Source: an uncultured Myxococcales bacterium
GTDB lineage: Bacteria; UBA10199; 2-02-FULL-44-16; JAAZCA01
Assembly (NCBI GenBank): GCA_964480565.1
Contig: CAYZSU010000002.1
Location: 3,367 to 67,366, forward strand
Length of the DNA: 64,000 nucleotides
Direction of reading: 5' to 3'
A model generated the notes under the pieces. The model was given only the letters and a program-made list of their open reading frames with translations, was not told where the DNA came from and ran no database searches. Both the position numbers and the translations under genes were made by a program. Positions 9,421 to 20,157 of this stretch are shown here, in pieces; position 1 is the stretch's first letter, and each line of letters begins with the position of its first letter.

Positions 9421-9435
9421 GACGACCTCATTAGT

Positions 9436-9486
9436 AAAAACTATATCGCACAACAATAATAACTACTATCATTACTGCTGTGCGAT
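9436..9486 (-). terminator. Candidate terminator after ftsZ (end of the dcw operon)
   Basis: Inverted repeat ATCGCACAaCAa...tgCTGTGCGAT (9445-9486), 5 nt after the ftsZ stop. Followed on the minus strand by TTTTTA. Confidence 0.4.
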
Positions 9487-9490
9487 TTAA

Positions 9491-10819
9491 TTAGTCCGCT
9501 TGTTTGCGTAGAAAAGTTGGAATATCATACTCATCATTTTGATATTCAATTACACCAATATCACGTGCCATCCCTTTCATTTCTTCACGAAATTCATCAT
9601 TATGAATGACTGATGGCTCAACAACTGCTTTTTGTGATGGTGCGCTGCGAGTGGCACCACTCGGATATGAAAATGTTCGTGCAGGTGCATCATCTATAAG
9701 AGGTTTGACTGTTTTTGTCACTGATTCCAAAATATTACTTCCTGATGAGGTTGTTCCTATTTTCGATGACCCTGCGATATTTTTTTGTGCATTAGCTTGA
9801 TTGGCCCGGCCTGCAATACCAATCGATTGTGTGGAATGTACTGGTCGATGCGCACGATTTAATGGCTTATTAAATCCAGTAGCAATCACTGTCACACGCA
9901 TTTCATCTTTCATGGATTCATCAATCACTGCACCAAAAAGTATATTGGCATCTTCATGGGCTTCCTCTTGAATAATCTTGGATGCTTCACTGATTTCAAC
10001 CAATGTCATATCTGAACCACCAGTAATATTGATGAGAATACCAGTCGCTCCTTTAATGGATGTATCCTCCAAAAGTGGACTAGAAATCGCATGTGTCGCA
10101 GCATCAATAGATCGACCCTCACCAACAGCAGAACCGGTACCCATAAGAGCCATACCCATTTCATTCATTACTGTACGTACATCTGCAAAGTCTAAATTGA
10201 TTAAGCCATGAACAATAATTAAATCTGAAATCCCTTTAACCGCTTGATGAAGAACTTGATCCGCCTGTTTAAACGCATCAACGACTGTCATATCAGGCGT
10301 AACAACACTAAGCAGCTTTTCATTTGGAATAGTAATTAATGTATCCACTGCATTTCGAAGTTCTGCCAAACCACGTTCAGCTTGCATATTACGATGACGG
10401 CCTTCGAAGGTAAATGGCTTGGTAACCACACCCACAGTCAATGCACCCATTTCTTTGGCAATTTTAGCAATGACAGGTGCGCCGCCAGTACCTGTACCAC
10501 CGCCCATACCTGCGGTAATAAAGACCATATCAGCGCCTTCCAAATGTTCTGCAATATTACGCTGATCTTCTAATGCCGCATTTTTACCTACATCTGGATT
10601 AGCACCTGCACCCAAACCTTTGGTGAGCTCGCGACCAATTTGAATCTTGGTTCCTGCTAAATTGGCATGAAGCGCCTGCATATCTGTATTTGCTGCGATA
10701 AAATCCACACCATCTAATCCGCATTCAAGCATTGTATTAACCGCATTTCCACCGCCACCGCCAATACCAATCACTTTTATTTTCGCATTCTGTGAATGAC
10801 TTTCTACTAATTCAAACAT
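9491..10819 (-). CDS. ftsZ: Cell division protein FtsZ
   Basis: GGGTGTG tubulin signature, NTDMQAL, and the C-terminal DIPTFLRK peptide. Confidence 0.95.
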   Translation of the reverse strand: MFELVESHSQNAKIKVIGIGGGGGNAVNTMLECGLDGVDFIAANTDMQALHANLAGTKIQIGRELTKGLGAGANPDVGKNAALEDQRNIAEHLEGADMVFITAGMGGGTGTGGAPVIAKIAKEMGALTVGVVTKPFTFEGRHRNMQAERGLAELRNAVDTLITIPNEKLLSVVTPDMTVVDAFKQADQVLHQAVKGISDLIIVHGLINLDFADVRTVMNEMGMALMGTGSAVGEGRSIDAATHAISSPLLEDTSIKGATGILINITGGSDMTLVEISEASKIIQEEAHEDANILFGAVIDESMKDEMRVTVIATGFNKPLNRAHRPVHSTQSIGIAGRANQANAQKNIAGSSKIGTTSSGSNILESVTKTVKPLIDDAPARTFSYPSGATRSAPSQKAVVEPSVIHNDEFREEMKGMARDIGVIEYQNDEYDIPTFLRKQAD

Positions 10820-10891
10820 GATTTTCCCCTTTCCTTTTCCCTTAAAGGTCCAAAGCTCACAATGTAAGCCTTAAAAAAGCGTATTTTGTAT

Positions 10892-12118
10892 TTAAAATAT
10901 TTCTCCCAACCACTCTCTCATGCGACCTTTTACTTTTGAATATACATTGCGTTCTTTGACTTTAAATCGTTTTTCATGATTGCTATTTGCACCTGCAAGA
11001 ACAAGCCCCACACCTGTGGAATACATTGAATTACGTACAACATCAACCAAACCACCAATACGCGTTGGTACACCTTTTCGAATTGGCATATTAAATACTT
11101 GCTCAGCAAGTTCTGCTGCACCATCCAACATTGAGGTGCCACCGGTTAATACAATCCCTCCGGCAATCATATCCTCATATCCGGATTTGGCAATTTCCTG
11201 CTGCGCTAAGCTGAAAATTTCTTCCATACGGGGCTCTAAAATTTCTGCCAAAATTTGTCGGGATAATACACGAGGTGCACGACCACCAACCGAAGGAACT
11301 TCGATCGTCTCATCCTTGTGAACCAAACCAGCTGTACAACAACCATATTTCTGTTTAATTTTCTCTGCTTCATGTGCAGGTGTTCGTAAACCCACAGCCA
11401 CATCATTCGTTAAGTGATTTCCACCCAATGTAAGAACAGCCGTATGCATAATCGATCCATTGGAGAAAATGGCAATATCCGTAGTACCACCGCCAACATC
11501 AATCAATGCAACACCCAATTCTTTTTCATCGGAAGATAAAACAGATTCTGAAGACGCCAACTGCTGCAGGATAATATCATTCACATTTAACCCAGCTCGA
11601 TTGCAACACTTGATAATATTTTGCGCTGACGTAACCGCCCCTGTAACAATATGCACTTTGGATTCCAAGCGAATACCGCTCATACCAATTGGATCTCGCA
11701 CACCATCTTGATCATCGACAATATATTGTTGAGGAATTACGTGAATGACTTCACGATCCAAAGGAATGGATACAGCCTGTGCCGCATCGATCACTCGGTC
11801 CACATCCAGCTGTGTTACTTCTTTTTCCTTAATTGCCACAATACCATGGCTATTAATTCCCTTGATATGACCACCCGCAATGCCTGCAAAAGCACTGCTA
11901 ATCTCACAACCCGCCATAAGTTCTGCCTCTTCTACCGCTTTACGAATAGAAGATACAGTGCTTTCAATATTTACTACCACGCCTTTTCGTAGTCCCTTGG
12001 ATGGATAAGTTCCAATACCGACAATATCAATGCCCTCATTACTAATCTCTCCTACTATAGCACAAATTTTTGTCGTACCAATATCGATCCCGACTACCAA
12101 GTCATCTCGTCTCGCCAT
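10892..12118 (-). CDS. ftsA: Cell division protein FtsA
   Basis: Actin-fold motifs VGIDIGTTKICAIV and DVGGGTTDIAIF. Position upstream of ftsZ. Confidence 0.9.
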   Translation of the reverse strand: MARRDDLVVGIDIGTTKICAIVGEISNEGIDIVGIGTYPSKGLRKGVVVNIESTVSSIRKAVEEAELMAGCEISSAFAGIAGGHIKGINSHGIVAIKEKEVTQLDVDRVIDAAQAVSIPLDREVIHVIPQQYIVDDQDGVRDPIGMSGIRLESKVHIVTGAVTSAQNIIKCCNRAGLNVNDIILQQLASSESVLSSDEKELGVALIDVGGGTTDIAIFSNGSIMHTAVLTLGGNHLTNDVAVGLRTPAHEAEKIKQKYGCCTAGLVHKDETIEVPSVGGRAPRVLSRQILAEILEPRMEEIFSLAQQEIAKSGYEDMIAGGIVLTGGTSMLDGAAELAEQVFNMPIRKGVPTRIGGLVDVVRNSMYSTGVGLVLAGANSNHEKRFKVKERNVYSKVKGRMREWLGEIF

Positions 12119-12195
12119 GTTCTTCTCCCCTCAGACTCATCCTTCTACATATATTTAACGTCTATTTTCTCTATATAGTTAATAATTTTTTTTAT

Positions 12196-12987
12196 TTATG
12201 CATTAAATCGTTTATATTTTATTATTAGTCGCGCTAAGTCATTCGCAAGTATATATTGAATCTTACCTCGCTGCTTGTTAATGCGTTTTTTTAAACGATC
12301 AATCTTAGCAAACTTGGCACGATATGCCCCTTGACCAAGCAATATTTGTATTGGCTCTTTATCCGTAATTACCGAATACCCTTTAATTGCATCATAATGA
12401 ATTTCAGCCAATGGGTAATCGCTCCCAAATATAGATTTATTATATATTTCCAACAAATCCAACATATGGGCTAATACCTGTTTTCTTTTTGACTCTTCCA
12501 ATCCCATAATACCTGTAAATATAGGAAAAGACACATTGTCACCTGAATCTAGTGATTTAAATAGCTGCCCATTATCATCAATAAATTGCATACTGGTATT
12601 CAGCACAATGGCTTTTGGATTATACTCATCGGCATAAATCAATAATGCATGAGGTAGATGCCGCCTAACTGACACATTTTTAATCCACTTATTCAGATTT
12701 AACTGCTCATGTACATTTTCCATGGATATCCAAAACAAATTATCACCTTTTCTGGCACTAACATGCTGCAACAATGCTTTTGATGTCGTATATTTAAAAT
12801 CCCCTTTAACGATAATATCCGTTAATGTAAAACTCGACCCAAATACAATGAGGTAATATATTCCATACAAACTAAATAAACCCACAATAAGAATAACAAT
12901 TGAAATCACTGCACGCTCAATACGCATCAGCTGTTTAAGCCAATGACGCTTTTTTTTCACCTGCTGTCTTTTCTTAAAAATACTCAT
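12196..12987 (-). CDS. ftsQ: Cell division protein FtsQ (POTRA)
   Basis: Single transmembrane helix, then POTRA-like region. Position between ddl and ftsA. Confidence 0.75.
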   Translation of the reverse strand: MSIFKKRQQVKKKRHWLKQLMRIERAVISIVILIVGLFSLYGIYYLIVFGSSFTLTDIIVKGDFKYTTSKALLQHVSARKGDNLFWISMENVHEQLNLNKWIKNVSVRRHLPHALLIYADEYNPKAIVLNTSMQFIDDNGQLFKSLDSGDNVSFPIFTGIMGLEESKRKQVLAHMLDLLEIYNKSIFGSDYPLAEIHYDAIKGYSVITDKEPIQILLGQGAYRAKFAKIDRLKKRINKQRGKIQYILANDLARLIIKYKRFNA

Positions 12988-12999
12988 TTATTCATCTCT

Positions 13000-13929
13000 T
13001 CATATATTTGCAGACATTAATAACTGCTCACATACATCTAAAAAGCAAAATCCATCATATGTAGCGGCTTGTGGCACTAAACTCAAGTCAGTCATACCCG
13101 GCATAGTATTGATTTCCAAAAAATAAGGATCATCATTTTTCACAATAAAATCAGCTCTAGCAATACCCTTACAGCCGATATAATCATAGAGCATCGTTGT
13201 AAACTGACGGGCTTTTTTTTCTGCTTGCGCAGATATGCGCGCGGGTAAAATATAATCTGTCATGCCTTCTGTGTATTTTGATTGATAATCATAAATACCT
13301 CCAGAGGGTACAATCTCTAATGGTGTCAATGTATTGCCATTCATGCTCACCACTGTAATCTCAATACCTGCGACATACTCTTCAGCAATCACTCGATTAT
13401 CCGATTGAAATGCCTTATCCAGCAATGCACTGTATTCATCATGATTGCACGCTTTTCCACTATTAATACTCGACCCTTCCTGTACTGGCTTTACAAATAT
13501 TGGATACGATAAAGCATGGGAAATACTTTTTGGATTATCTTGATGAATCACATGCTGAGTCGTACAAGTCACCCCTAGATGACGCGCAATATCGCTGCAC
13601 AACACTTTATCCATAGCAATTGCTGATGCCATAACATTACTACCTGTGTATGGAATATCTAGCGTCTCCAGTAAGCCCTGAATACACCCATCCTCACCAT
13701 ATTTACCATGAAGTGCTAATAGCACAATATCTGGATTCATCTGTGTCAAGGTGTCGAGCCATTTTAAATCCGTAGTCACATCCACTTGAGAAATACGATA
13801 CCCATGGTCCGCTAAACAATTGGCAATGGCCGCGCCTGTTTTAAGTGAAATATCCCTTTCAGGAGACACTCCACCCATCAGAACAACGATATGCGTGTTA
13901 TGAAACTGTGGTATCACTATTTTCTCCAT
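13000..13929 (-). CDS. ddl: D-alanine--D-alanine ligase
   Basis: ATP-grasp ligase motifs (HGKYGEDGCIQGLLE; EINTMPGMT). Confidence 0.9.
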   Translation of the reverse strand: MEKIVIPQFHNTHIVVLMGGVSPERDISLKTGAAIANCLADHGYRISQVDVTTDLKWLDTLTQMNPDIVLLALHGKYGEDGCIQGLLETLDIPYTGSNVMASAIAMDKVLCSDIARHLGVTCTTQHVIHQDNPKSISHALSYPIFVKPVQEGSSINSGKACNHDEYSALLDKAFQSDNRVIAEEYVAGIEITVVSMNGNTLTPLEIVPSGGIYDYQSKYTEGMTDYILPARISAQAEKKARQFTTMLYDYIGCKGIARADFIVKNDDPYFLEINTMPGMTDLSLVPQAATYDGFCFLDVCEQLLMSANI

Positions 13930-14079
13930 ATTTCTTACTGATTAGAAATGCCCTACGGTTGCTAAGTGCCAGTCACGTTTATACCTGAAACCTTTAGCAA
14001 TTCTATAGAGGCTCAAACAATCTGAATATTTTTAAACACTTCCTAAAAACAAAAAATGACAATTATTACAATCAATGCA

Positions 14080-15003
14080 TCATTTGCCAACTATCTTCAA
14101 ACGTGGCTCCAATACAATCCCTGCATACTGCTTAATGCGATCTCTGACCAAATTCATCAAGACGACAATATGATTGGCTGTGGCCTGACCTTCATTGATA
14201 ATAAAATTTCCATGCGTATCACTGACTCGTGCACCACCAATACGTATTCCGCATAAATTCATATCGTCAATAAGTGCCGCAACATTACTGCGTCCTACAT
14301 TTTGAAATAGAGGACCAATTGAAATAACACCATCCTCTAGCAATGCTTTCTTTTTTTCTGTTGCTAAACAAATATTTTTTTTCACTGTCGCTGAATCACT
14401 TTTTTTAAGCATTACACAAACATGAGACAAATATGATGTCTGTGGTATTTTAAGACGCTTATCATCGAACTTCAGTGATTTTCTTCTAATCGAAATTTCT
14501 TTACCCGCTCTATTTATTACACTCACTCCCGTTACATAGGTATCTATTTTTTCTGAATCACTAATATCCACCTTTTGCATCACAGCACCACCAATTGACC
14601 CCGCATACAATGCCAAACCTTCAATACCTGTTAATGCATGTGTATCACAAAAATTTAATACATCCGAAATTTTCATGCTCGATGTAATACGAAGACTGAC
14701 AAAATCATCGCCATTTTCAATAATATGACAATCACTATCCAAATCCTCCAAATCCACTACCAAACCATTTAATCCGCCATCCCGTATAATGGACTTGGAT
14801 CCATAGCAGATAAAATGATAATCAATAGCATGCTCATTGGCCCAGCGTACAGCGGATTTCACATCATCTATGGTCTTAACTCGAATATAACTTTCTGCAC
14901 ATCCACCAATATGTGTGACTGTCTTTTCAGACATTGGCACATTAAATGACACATCATTAGCCACAAACAATGTTGACAAGGATCGCTTTTGATCACGAGT
15001 CAT
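14080..15003 (-). CDS. murB: UDP-N-acetylenolpyruvoylglucosamine reductase MurB. The start is chosen at the ATG at 15003; the longer ORF back to 15234 overlaps the murC 3' end.
   Basis: FAD-binding region THIGGCAESYIRV and a MurB C-terminal domain. A 308-aa product matches typical MurB length. Confidence 0.8.
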   Translation of the reverse strand: MTRDQKRSLSTLFVANDVSFNVPMSEKTVTHIGGCAESYIRVKTIDDVKSAVRWANEHAIDYHFICYGSKSIIRDGGLNGLVVDLEDLDSDCHIIENGDDFVSLRITSSMKISDVLNFCDTHALTGIEGLALYAGSIGGAVMQKVDISDSEKIDTYVTGVSVINRAGKEISIRRKSLKFDDKRLKIPQTSYLSHVCVMLKKSDSATVKKNICLATEKKKALLEDGVISIGPLFQNVGRSNVAALIDDMNLCGIRIGGARVSDTHGNFIINEGQATANHIVVLMNLVRDRIKQYAGIVLEPRLKIVGK

Positions 15004-15062
15004 ATGTATGACTTCTTCCTGTTGGCGTTCAAAACGCGCTTTTTCACGTGCACTAAATGCGC

Positions 15063-16451
15063 TTAAATCAAGCTCTTCGCAAACATCTTCGCTACATTGG
15101 TGACGTTGCCCGCTCCCAAAAATAGTATCAGATCCGTTTTCAGGTACAGAGGCGCTAGCACTTCCATCACCGCTTGCATTGTCGGTGCAAATTGAATCGT
15201 TTTCTTTGGATAAGTCCTGCATACGTCTTTCCATAATTTTTCTCCTGAAAACTGTTTATCCTGTTTTTCCCCTGCAGCATAAACATCCATAATAATTATT
15301 ATATCCGCTAATTTTAATGAATCGATAAATTCATTATAAAACTGCTTGAGCCTGGAATATCGATGCGGCTGCATAACCACTACACGGCGTTTACGCGGCC
15401 AGCCTTTTTTTACAGCCACAAGTGTTGCATCTATTTCCACGGGATGATGTGCATAATCATCCACCACAATAGGGTTTGCATGATGCAAAATATCAAAACG
15501 TCGCTTAATGCCGCTAAAACTTTTTAACGCCAATCGAATAGCGCTAAAAGATACATCCAAATGCCTGGCAGCCGCAATGGTTGCTAGTGCATTTTGAATA
15601 TGATGCATTCCGCACATACACAAATCAATACGGCCCAAGCATTGAGTTTGAAAATAGGCATCAAAATGTACAGATGCCCCATTTTGCTCTATATTTTTTG
15701 CATGATAATCCGAATGCGCACGACCATAGGTAATCACCGGGGTTTGAATGCGTTTTATAATTCGTCTAATCACAGGATGTGCATCGCATACAATAGCTGC
15801 GCCATAAAAGGGTACTTTGTTCGCAAAGTCAATATATGCCTGCTGCATATCGTCAAAATTCGTATAATTTTCCATATGTTCGGGATCTATATTGGTAATT
15901 ATCCCAATTGTTGGCGTTAATTTCAGAAAAGATCGATCCGATTCATCCGCTTCTGCTACTAGAAAATCACCTTGCCCCAGCTTGGCATTGGATTGAAAAT
16001 TATTCACCTTGCCGCCGATAATAACCGTAGGATCCACATCCGATTTATGCAATACATGTCCAATCATTGATGTTGTGGATGTTTTTCCATGTGTCCCAGC
16101 AACAGCAATGCCATATTTTAATCGCATCAACTCTGCCAACATCGCGGCTCGTGGTACAACGACGATATTTTGTTTTTTCGCAGCCATCACTTCAGGGTTA
16201 GTCTTTGATATTGCAGAAGACACCACTATCACATGTGCATTGGCTATATTTACCTCATCATGCCCGCTAAAAATTTGCGCGCCCATGTGTTTTAACCGCG
16301 CAGTAGTATCACTCAAACAAGCATCAGAGCCACTCACATGATAGCCCAAGTTAATTAGCACTTCCGCAATACCGCTCATGCCGATACCACCGATGCCAAT
16401 AAAGTGAATATGTCTATATTTTTTAAACATAATTTTATACGGTCTCATCAA
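15063..16451 (-). CDS. murC: UDP-N-acetylmuramate--L-alanine ligase
   Basis: Mur ligase motifs FIGIGGIGMSGIA and GTHGKTSTTSMI. Confidence 0.9.
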   Translation of the reverse strand: MMRPYKIMFKKYRHIHFIGIGGIGMSGIAEVLINLGYHVSGSDACLSDTTARLKHMGAQIFSGHDEVNIANAHVIVVSSAISKTNPEVMAAKKQNIVVVPRAAMLAELMRLKYGIAVAGTHGKTSTTSMIGHVLHKSDVDPTVIIGGKVNNFQSNAKLGQGDFLVAEADESDRSFLKLTPTIGIITNIDPEHMENYTNFDDMQQAYIDFANKVPFYGAAIVCDAHPVIRRIIKRIQTPVITYGRAHSDYHAKNIEQNGASVHFDAYFQTQCLGRIDLCMCGMHHIQNALATIAAARHLDVSFSAIRLALKSFSGIKRRFDILHHANPIVVDDYAHHPVEIDATLVAVKKGWPRKRRVVVMQPHRYSRLKQFYNEFIDSLKLADIIIIMDVYAAGEKQDKQFSGEKLWKDVCRTYPKKTIQFAPTMQAVMEVLAPLYLKTDLILFLGAGNVTNVAKMFAKSLI

Positions 16452-16541
16452 TCAAATTATAATTACCCCTTAAACATTAAGGGTTTTGGGTATATAGTTA
16501 TCTAATGGCTAATCCTGTATTCATCAAGGATAAAGCTCCTT

Positions 16542-17654
16542 CTATCTTTCTTTTTTTTCATTAAAAACACATTCTTGAACTATTACTTTAGAAGCATGTT
16601 CTAACTTACATTTTGAAAATGCAGCATGCATTTTTTGCAATTCATCATTGTTATCCACAAATCGCTTCAAATACATTGTCACACAATGTTCATCAAATTC
16701 ATAATCTGAAATTGTTATTGCCGCACCTATTGCATCAAGCGCACGCGCATTGGCAAGCTGATGATTATCCGCTGCATGCGGGTATGGAATTAACAGTGAT
16801 GGCCGCTTAATCACCTTAAGCTCTGCAATAGTCCCCGCACCTGAACGCGCAATTACAAGATGCGCCTGTTCATATCCATTCCACATACATTCTATAAAAT
16901 CAGACACCGTCGCTTCAAATCCATACTGATGATAGGCCTCTCTCAACTCCCTAGTATCTTTTGAGCATCCTGTCTGATGAATGAATTTGATCGACTGACT
17001 ATAATCAGAAAGCAAGGGAAGTGCATTTTTTATAGATTGATTAATCCGTCGTGCACCTTGAGATCCACCAAACACTAAAATAGTCAACGGCATTTGCATT
17101 TGATATGGCGAATTCAATCGATCCCAAATTTCCGTACGCACAGGGTTTCCAATGCACTTTATATTATTATTTTTAAAATACTCTTTGGCCTCATCAAATG
17201 CTGTAAATACAATTTTTGCAAACTTCGATACTAATCTATTGGATAATCCAGGAATTGCATTGGGCTCTACCAAGTAGAGAGGCACGCGTAATATTGCGGC
17301 TGCCAATGCTACAGGTCCTGCAGCATACCCACCGATACTTAAAATAAAATCAGGTGGATCTGAACGAATAATAGCCATTGATTTTAGAATCGATTTTGGC
17401 AATTTAATCATTGTTTGTAATTTACCAACAAGCCCTTGCCCCTTTAATTTATATTTATTCGCGCATACTAATTCTAATGTCCACCCAAGCGCTGGCAACA
17501 ATGTTGACTCCATACCCTTCTCTGTTCCCAAAAAAGTAATACGATGATTATCGCTTAACCGACTAAATTGCTGAGCAATGGCAATACCTGGAAATACATG
17601 CCCGCCAGATCCGCCTGCCACAATCATCATATGCATGCGATTACTCATCCCCAT
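16542..17654 (-). CDS. murG: Undecaprenyldiphospho-muramoylpentapeptide beta-N-acetylglucosaminyltransferase MurG
   Basis: MIVAGGSGGHVFPG N-terminal motif. GT28 C-terminal domain. Confidence 0.9.
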   Translation of the reverse strand: MGMSNRMHMMIVAGGSGGHVFPGIAIAQQFSRLSDNHRITFLGTEKGMESTLLPALGWTLELVCANKYKLKGQGLVGKLQTMIKLPKSILKSMAIIRSDPPDFILSIGGYAAGPVALAAAILRVPLYLVEPNAIPGLSNRLVSKFAKIVFTAFDEAKEYFKNNNIKCIGNPVRTEIWDRLNSPYQMQMPLTILVFGGSQGARRINQSIKNALPLLSDYSQSIKFIHQTGCSKDTRELREAYHQYGFEATVSDFIECMWNGYEQAHLVIARSGAGTIAELKVIKRPSLLIPYPHAADNHQLANARALDAIGAAITISDYEFDEHCVTMYLKRFVDNNDELQKMHAAFSKCKLEHASKVIVQECVFNEKKER

Positions 17655-18769
17655 ATCCGATCAATTCGTTTATATGTTGAAATATTTAATAATACTCCTA
17701 CAGCCAATAGTGACATCACCAAAGATGACCCCCCATAGCTGATAAATGGCAATGTCAATCCCTTTGTAGGCAGCATTCCCATCACAACGCCCATATTAAA
17801 AATAGCTTCCGCACCAATTAAAAGAGTACATCCAAGCGCAATATATCGACCAAATAAATCCGGCGCTTTAAGTGAAATTCGAAGCCCTCGATAGCAGAAT
17901 AAACCAAATAAAAATACAACAAAGAATACTCCCATCAATCCCAACTCTTCACCAATCACAGAGAAAATAAAATCAGTATGCGCTTCAGGAAGGTAGAATA
18001 ATTTTTGTTGTCCCTGACCCAGACCACGTCCAAACCAACCACCCTCATTAAATGCCACAAATGACTGAATCATTTGAAATCCTGACCCATACTGGTCACT
18101 CCATGGATTTAAAAAAGAAAAAATACGACGTTGGCGATACGGCGAGTTAACAATCAGTATAATCGCAATCGGTATTATGCCACCGACCATGCCTAGTAAA
18201 TACGACAATCGCACGCCTGCAACAAACATCATCACCCATGTAATCAACGCAATAATTGCAGCAGAGCCAAAATCACGCTGAATCAAGATGCACGCGGCAA
18301 CCACACACATAAAGAAAATATGCGGCACAAATCCCACTGAAAATGTTTTAATTAAATGGGATTTTTTCTCCAATGAATAGGCAAGAAAAACAATCATTGC
18401 AATTTTAGCCGCTTCTGATGGCTGAAATGAAACTAATCCAAAATTTAACCATCTGGTAGCACCACCAATTTTTTTTCCTATCCCTGGTATAAATACGGCC
18501 CCCACCAATACAAGTGCCCCTAAAAGAATCAAATATGCATATTTGCGATATACTACATAGGGCATTCGGGATGCGATTGTCAGCGCTATAAATCCTGTTA
18601 TTGAAAATATCAATGATCGCTTTAAAAAGTAATAGCTATCATTAAATCGCTCACTGGACAGTACTGCACTGGCACTATAATTCATAGTAATGCCAATGCC
18701 TACGAGAAGCACCACACAAAAAAGTAACATCGTATCCATATGTCCGCGCTCATAATCAACAGCAGTCAT
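17645..18769 (-). CDS. ftsW: SEDS-family cell division protein FtsW
   Basis: Ten-transmembrane-helix SEDS pattern. Position between murD and murG. Confidence 0.9.
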   Translation of the reverse strand: MTAVDYERGHMDTMLLFCVVLLVGIGITMNYSASAVLSSERFNDSYYFLKRSLIFSITGFIALTIASRMPYVVYRKYAYLILLGALVLVGAVFIPGIGKKIGGATRWLNFGLVSFQPSEAAKIAMIVFLAYSLEKKSHLIKTFSVGFVPHIFFMCVVAACILIQRDFGSAAIIALITWVMMFVAGVRLSYLLGMVGGIIPIAIILIVNSPYRQRRIFSFLNPWSDQYGSGFQMIQSFVAFNEGGWFGRGLGQGQQKLFYLPEAHTDFIFSVIGEELGLMGVFFVVFLFGLFCYRGLRISLKAPDLFGRYIALGCTLLIGAEAIFNMGVVMGMLPTKGLTLPFISYGGSSLVMSLLAVGVLLNISTYKRIDRIWG

Positions 18770-18771
18770 AA

Positions 18772-20151
18772 TTAGTCCTCACAAGTTCCCTCACCACATA
18801 ATTCATATACACTTTGCAGAAAAGACCTGCCCCGATCGGCATAATCACTAAACATATCAAAACTCGCACATGCTGGAGATAGCAGCACCGTATCGCCATC
18901 AACGGACTGACTCACCGCTTCACGCACCGCTTTTTGCATACTGCTTACTTTTTTCACACTAACCACTTTGGAAAAAATAGATTTCATTTCTGATGCAGCA
19001 TCACCCATTAGAACCAGATGTTTGACTTTCTTATGAATAATATCAGTCAATACAGAAAAATCAGTTCCCTTACTCACACCACCAGCGATCAATACAATCG
19101 GCCCTTGAACTTGTTCCAATGCCGCATATGTTGCACCTGTATTAGTCCCCTTAGAATCATTGATATAAGTAATACCATGTTTTTTCAAAATAACTTCCAT
19201 ACGATGGGGAAGACCTTTAAATGTTAGCATTGCCTGTTGAAGGCATTTTGAGTCACATCCCATATGCCTGGCAGCTAACAATGCAGCCATCATATTTTCC
19301 ATATTTGCAGAACCATACAAATGAGCATCTTGTATATCATAATGCTCCACAATATCATTTATTTTCAGACTAATATTACCATTTTGAATGCATGCACCAA
19401 CACCAATATCATCTAGGATATCTGTCAATCCGCAAAAAGGGCTTGGCAATGCATCGATATCACCCAACAATTGCCTAATCATCTTATCCGCTGCATTGTA
19501 TATCGCAAATCCATCTGAACGCGATTGAGTTAATACACGCATTTTACTCTTCGCATACTCATCAAATCCCGCATATCGATCCAAATGATCCGGACTAATA
19601 TTAAGCAACACACTGATATATGGACGCAATGATGGCGTAGTATCCAGCTGAAAGCTCGACACTTCCAAAAGCACAACCTGCGCATGCATGATGTGATCAT
19701 GCATATCCAAAATAGGCGTTCCAATATTACCGCCTGTCACAACACTCAATCCTGCTGAGTTTAATAAATGGCTTAATAAAGCTGTTGTTGTTGTTTTACC
19801 ATTGGTACCTGTCACAGCAATAATAGGTTTATCCATCATAGTAACTGCAAGTTCCATGTCTCCCACAATTGGAATATTTTTTTCTTTTGCAGCAATAATA
19901 CCTGGATGCGACATCGCCACGCCAGGACTCGCAACAACCATATCCGCATGATAAAAAATATCGTGCATATGAGTGTTAAAATAATAATCCACATCTACAC
20001 CCTGTAAAATGAGTTGACTCTCATACATATCTTCTTTTGGCCTAGCCTCTACAACACTCACTTTCGCCCCATGCATAGTTAAAAACCGGCCAGCAGATAT
20101 GCCGGATTTCCCTAGGCCAATAATCACAATATGTTTATTCGTATAGTTCAT
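18772..20151 (-). CDS. murD: UDP-N-acetylmuramoylalanine--D-glutamate ligase
   Basis: IGLGKSG Rossmann motif and GTNGKTTTT P-loop. Confidence 0.9.
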   Translation of the reverse strand: MNYTNKHIVIIGLGKSGISAGRFLTMHGAKVSVVEARPKEDMYESQLILQGVDVDYYFNTHMHDIFYHADMVVASPGVAMSHPGIIAAKEKNIPIVGDMELAVTMMDKPIIAVTGTNGKTTTTALLSHLLNSAGLSVVTGGNIGTPILDMHDHIMHAQVVLLEVSSFQLDTTPSLRPYISVLLNISPDHLDRYAGFDEYAKSKMRVLTQSRSDGFAIYNAADKMIRQLLGDIDALPSPFCGLTDILDDIGVGACIQNGNISLKINDIVEHYDIQDAHLYGSANMENMMAALLAARHMGCDSKCLQQAMLTFKGLPHRMEVILKKHGITYINDSKGTNTGATYAALEQVQGPIVLIAGGVSKGTDFSVLTDIIHKKVKHLVLMGDAASEMKSIFSKVVSVKKVSSMQKAVREAVSQSVDGDTVLLSPACASFDMFSDYADRGRSFLQSVYELCGEGTCED

Positions 20152-20157
20152 ATAATT

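Noticed and set aside
16470-16500. Hairpin CCCTTAA-aca-TTAAGGG followed by TTTTGGG between murC and murG
   Set aside because: The T-tract is on the plus strand whereas both flanking genes are minus-strand. On the transcribed strand it lacks a U-run, so it is not a convincing terminator.
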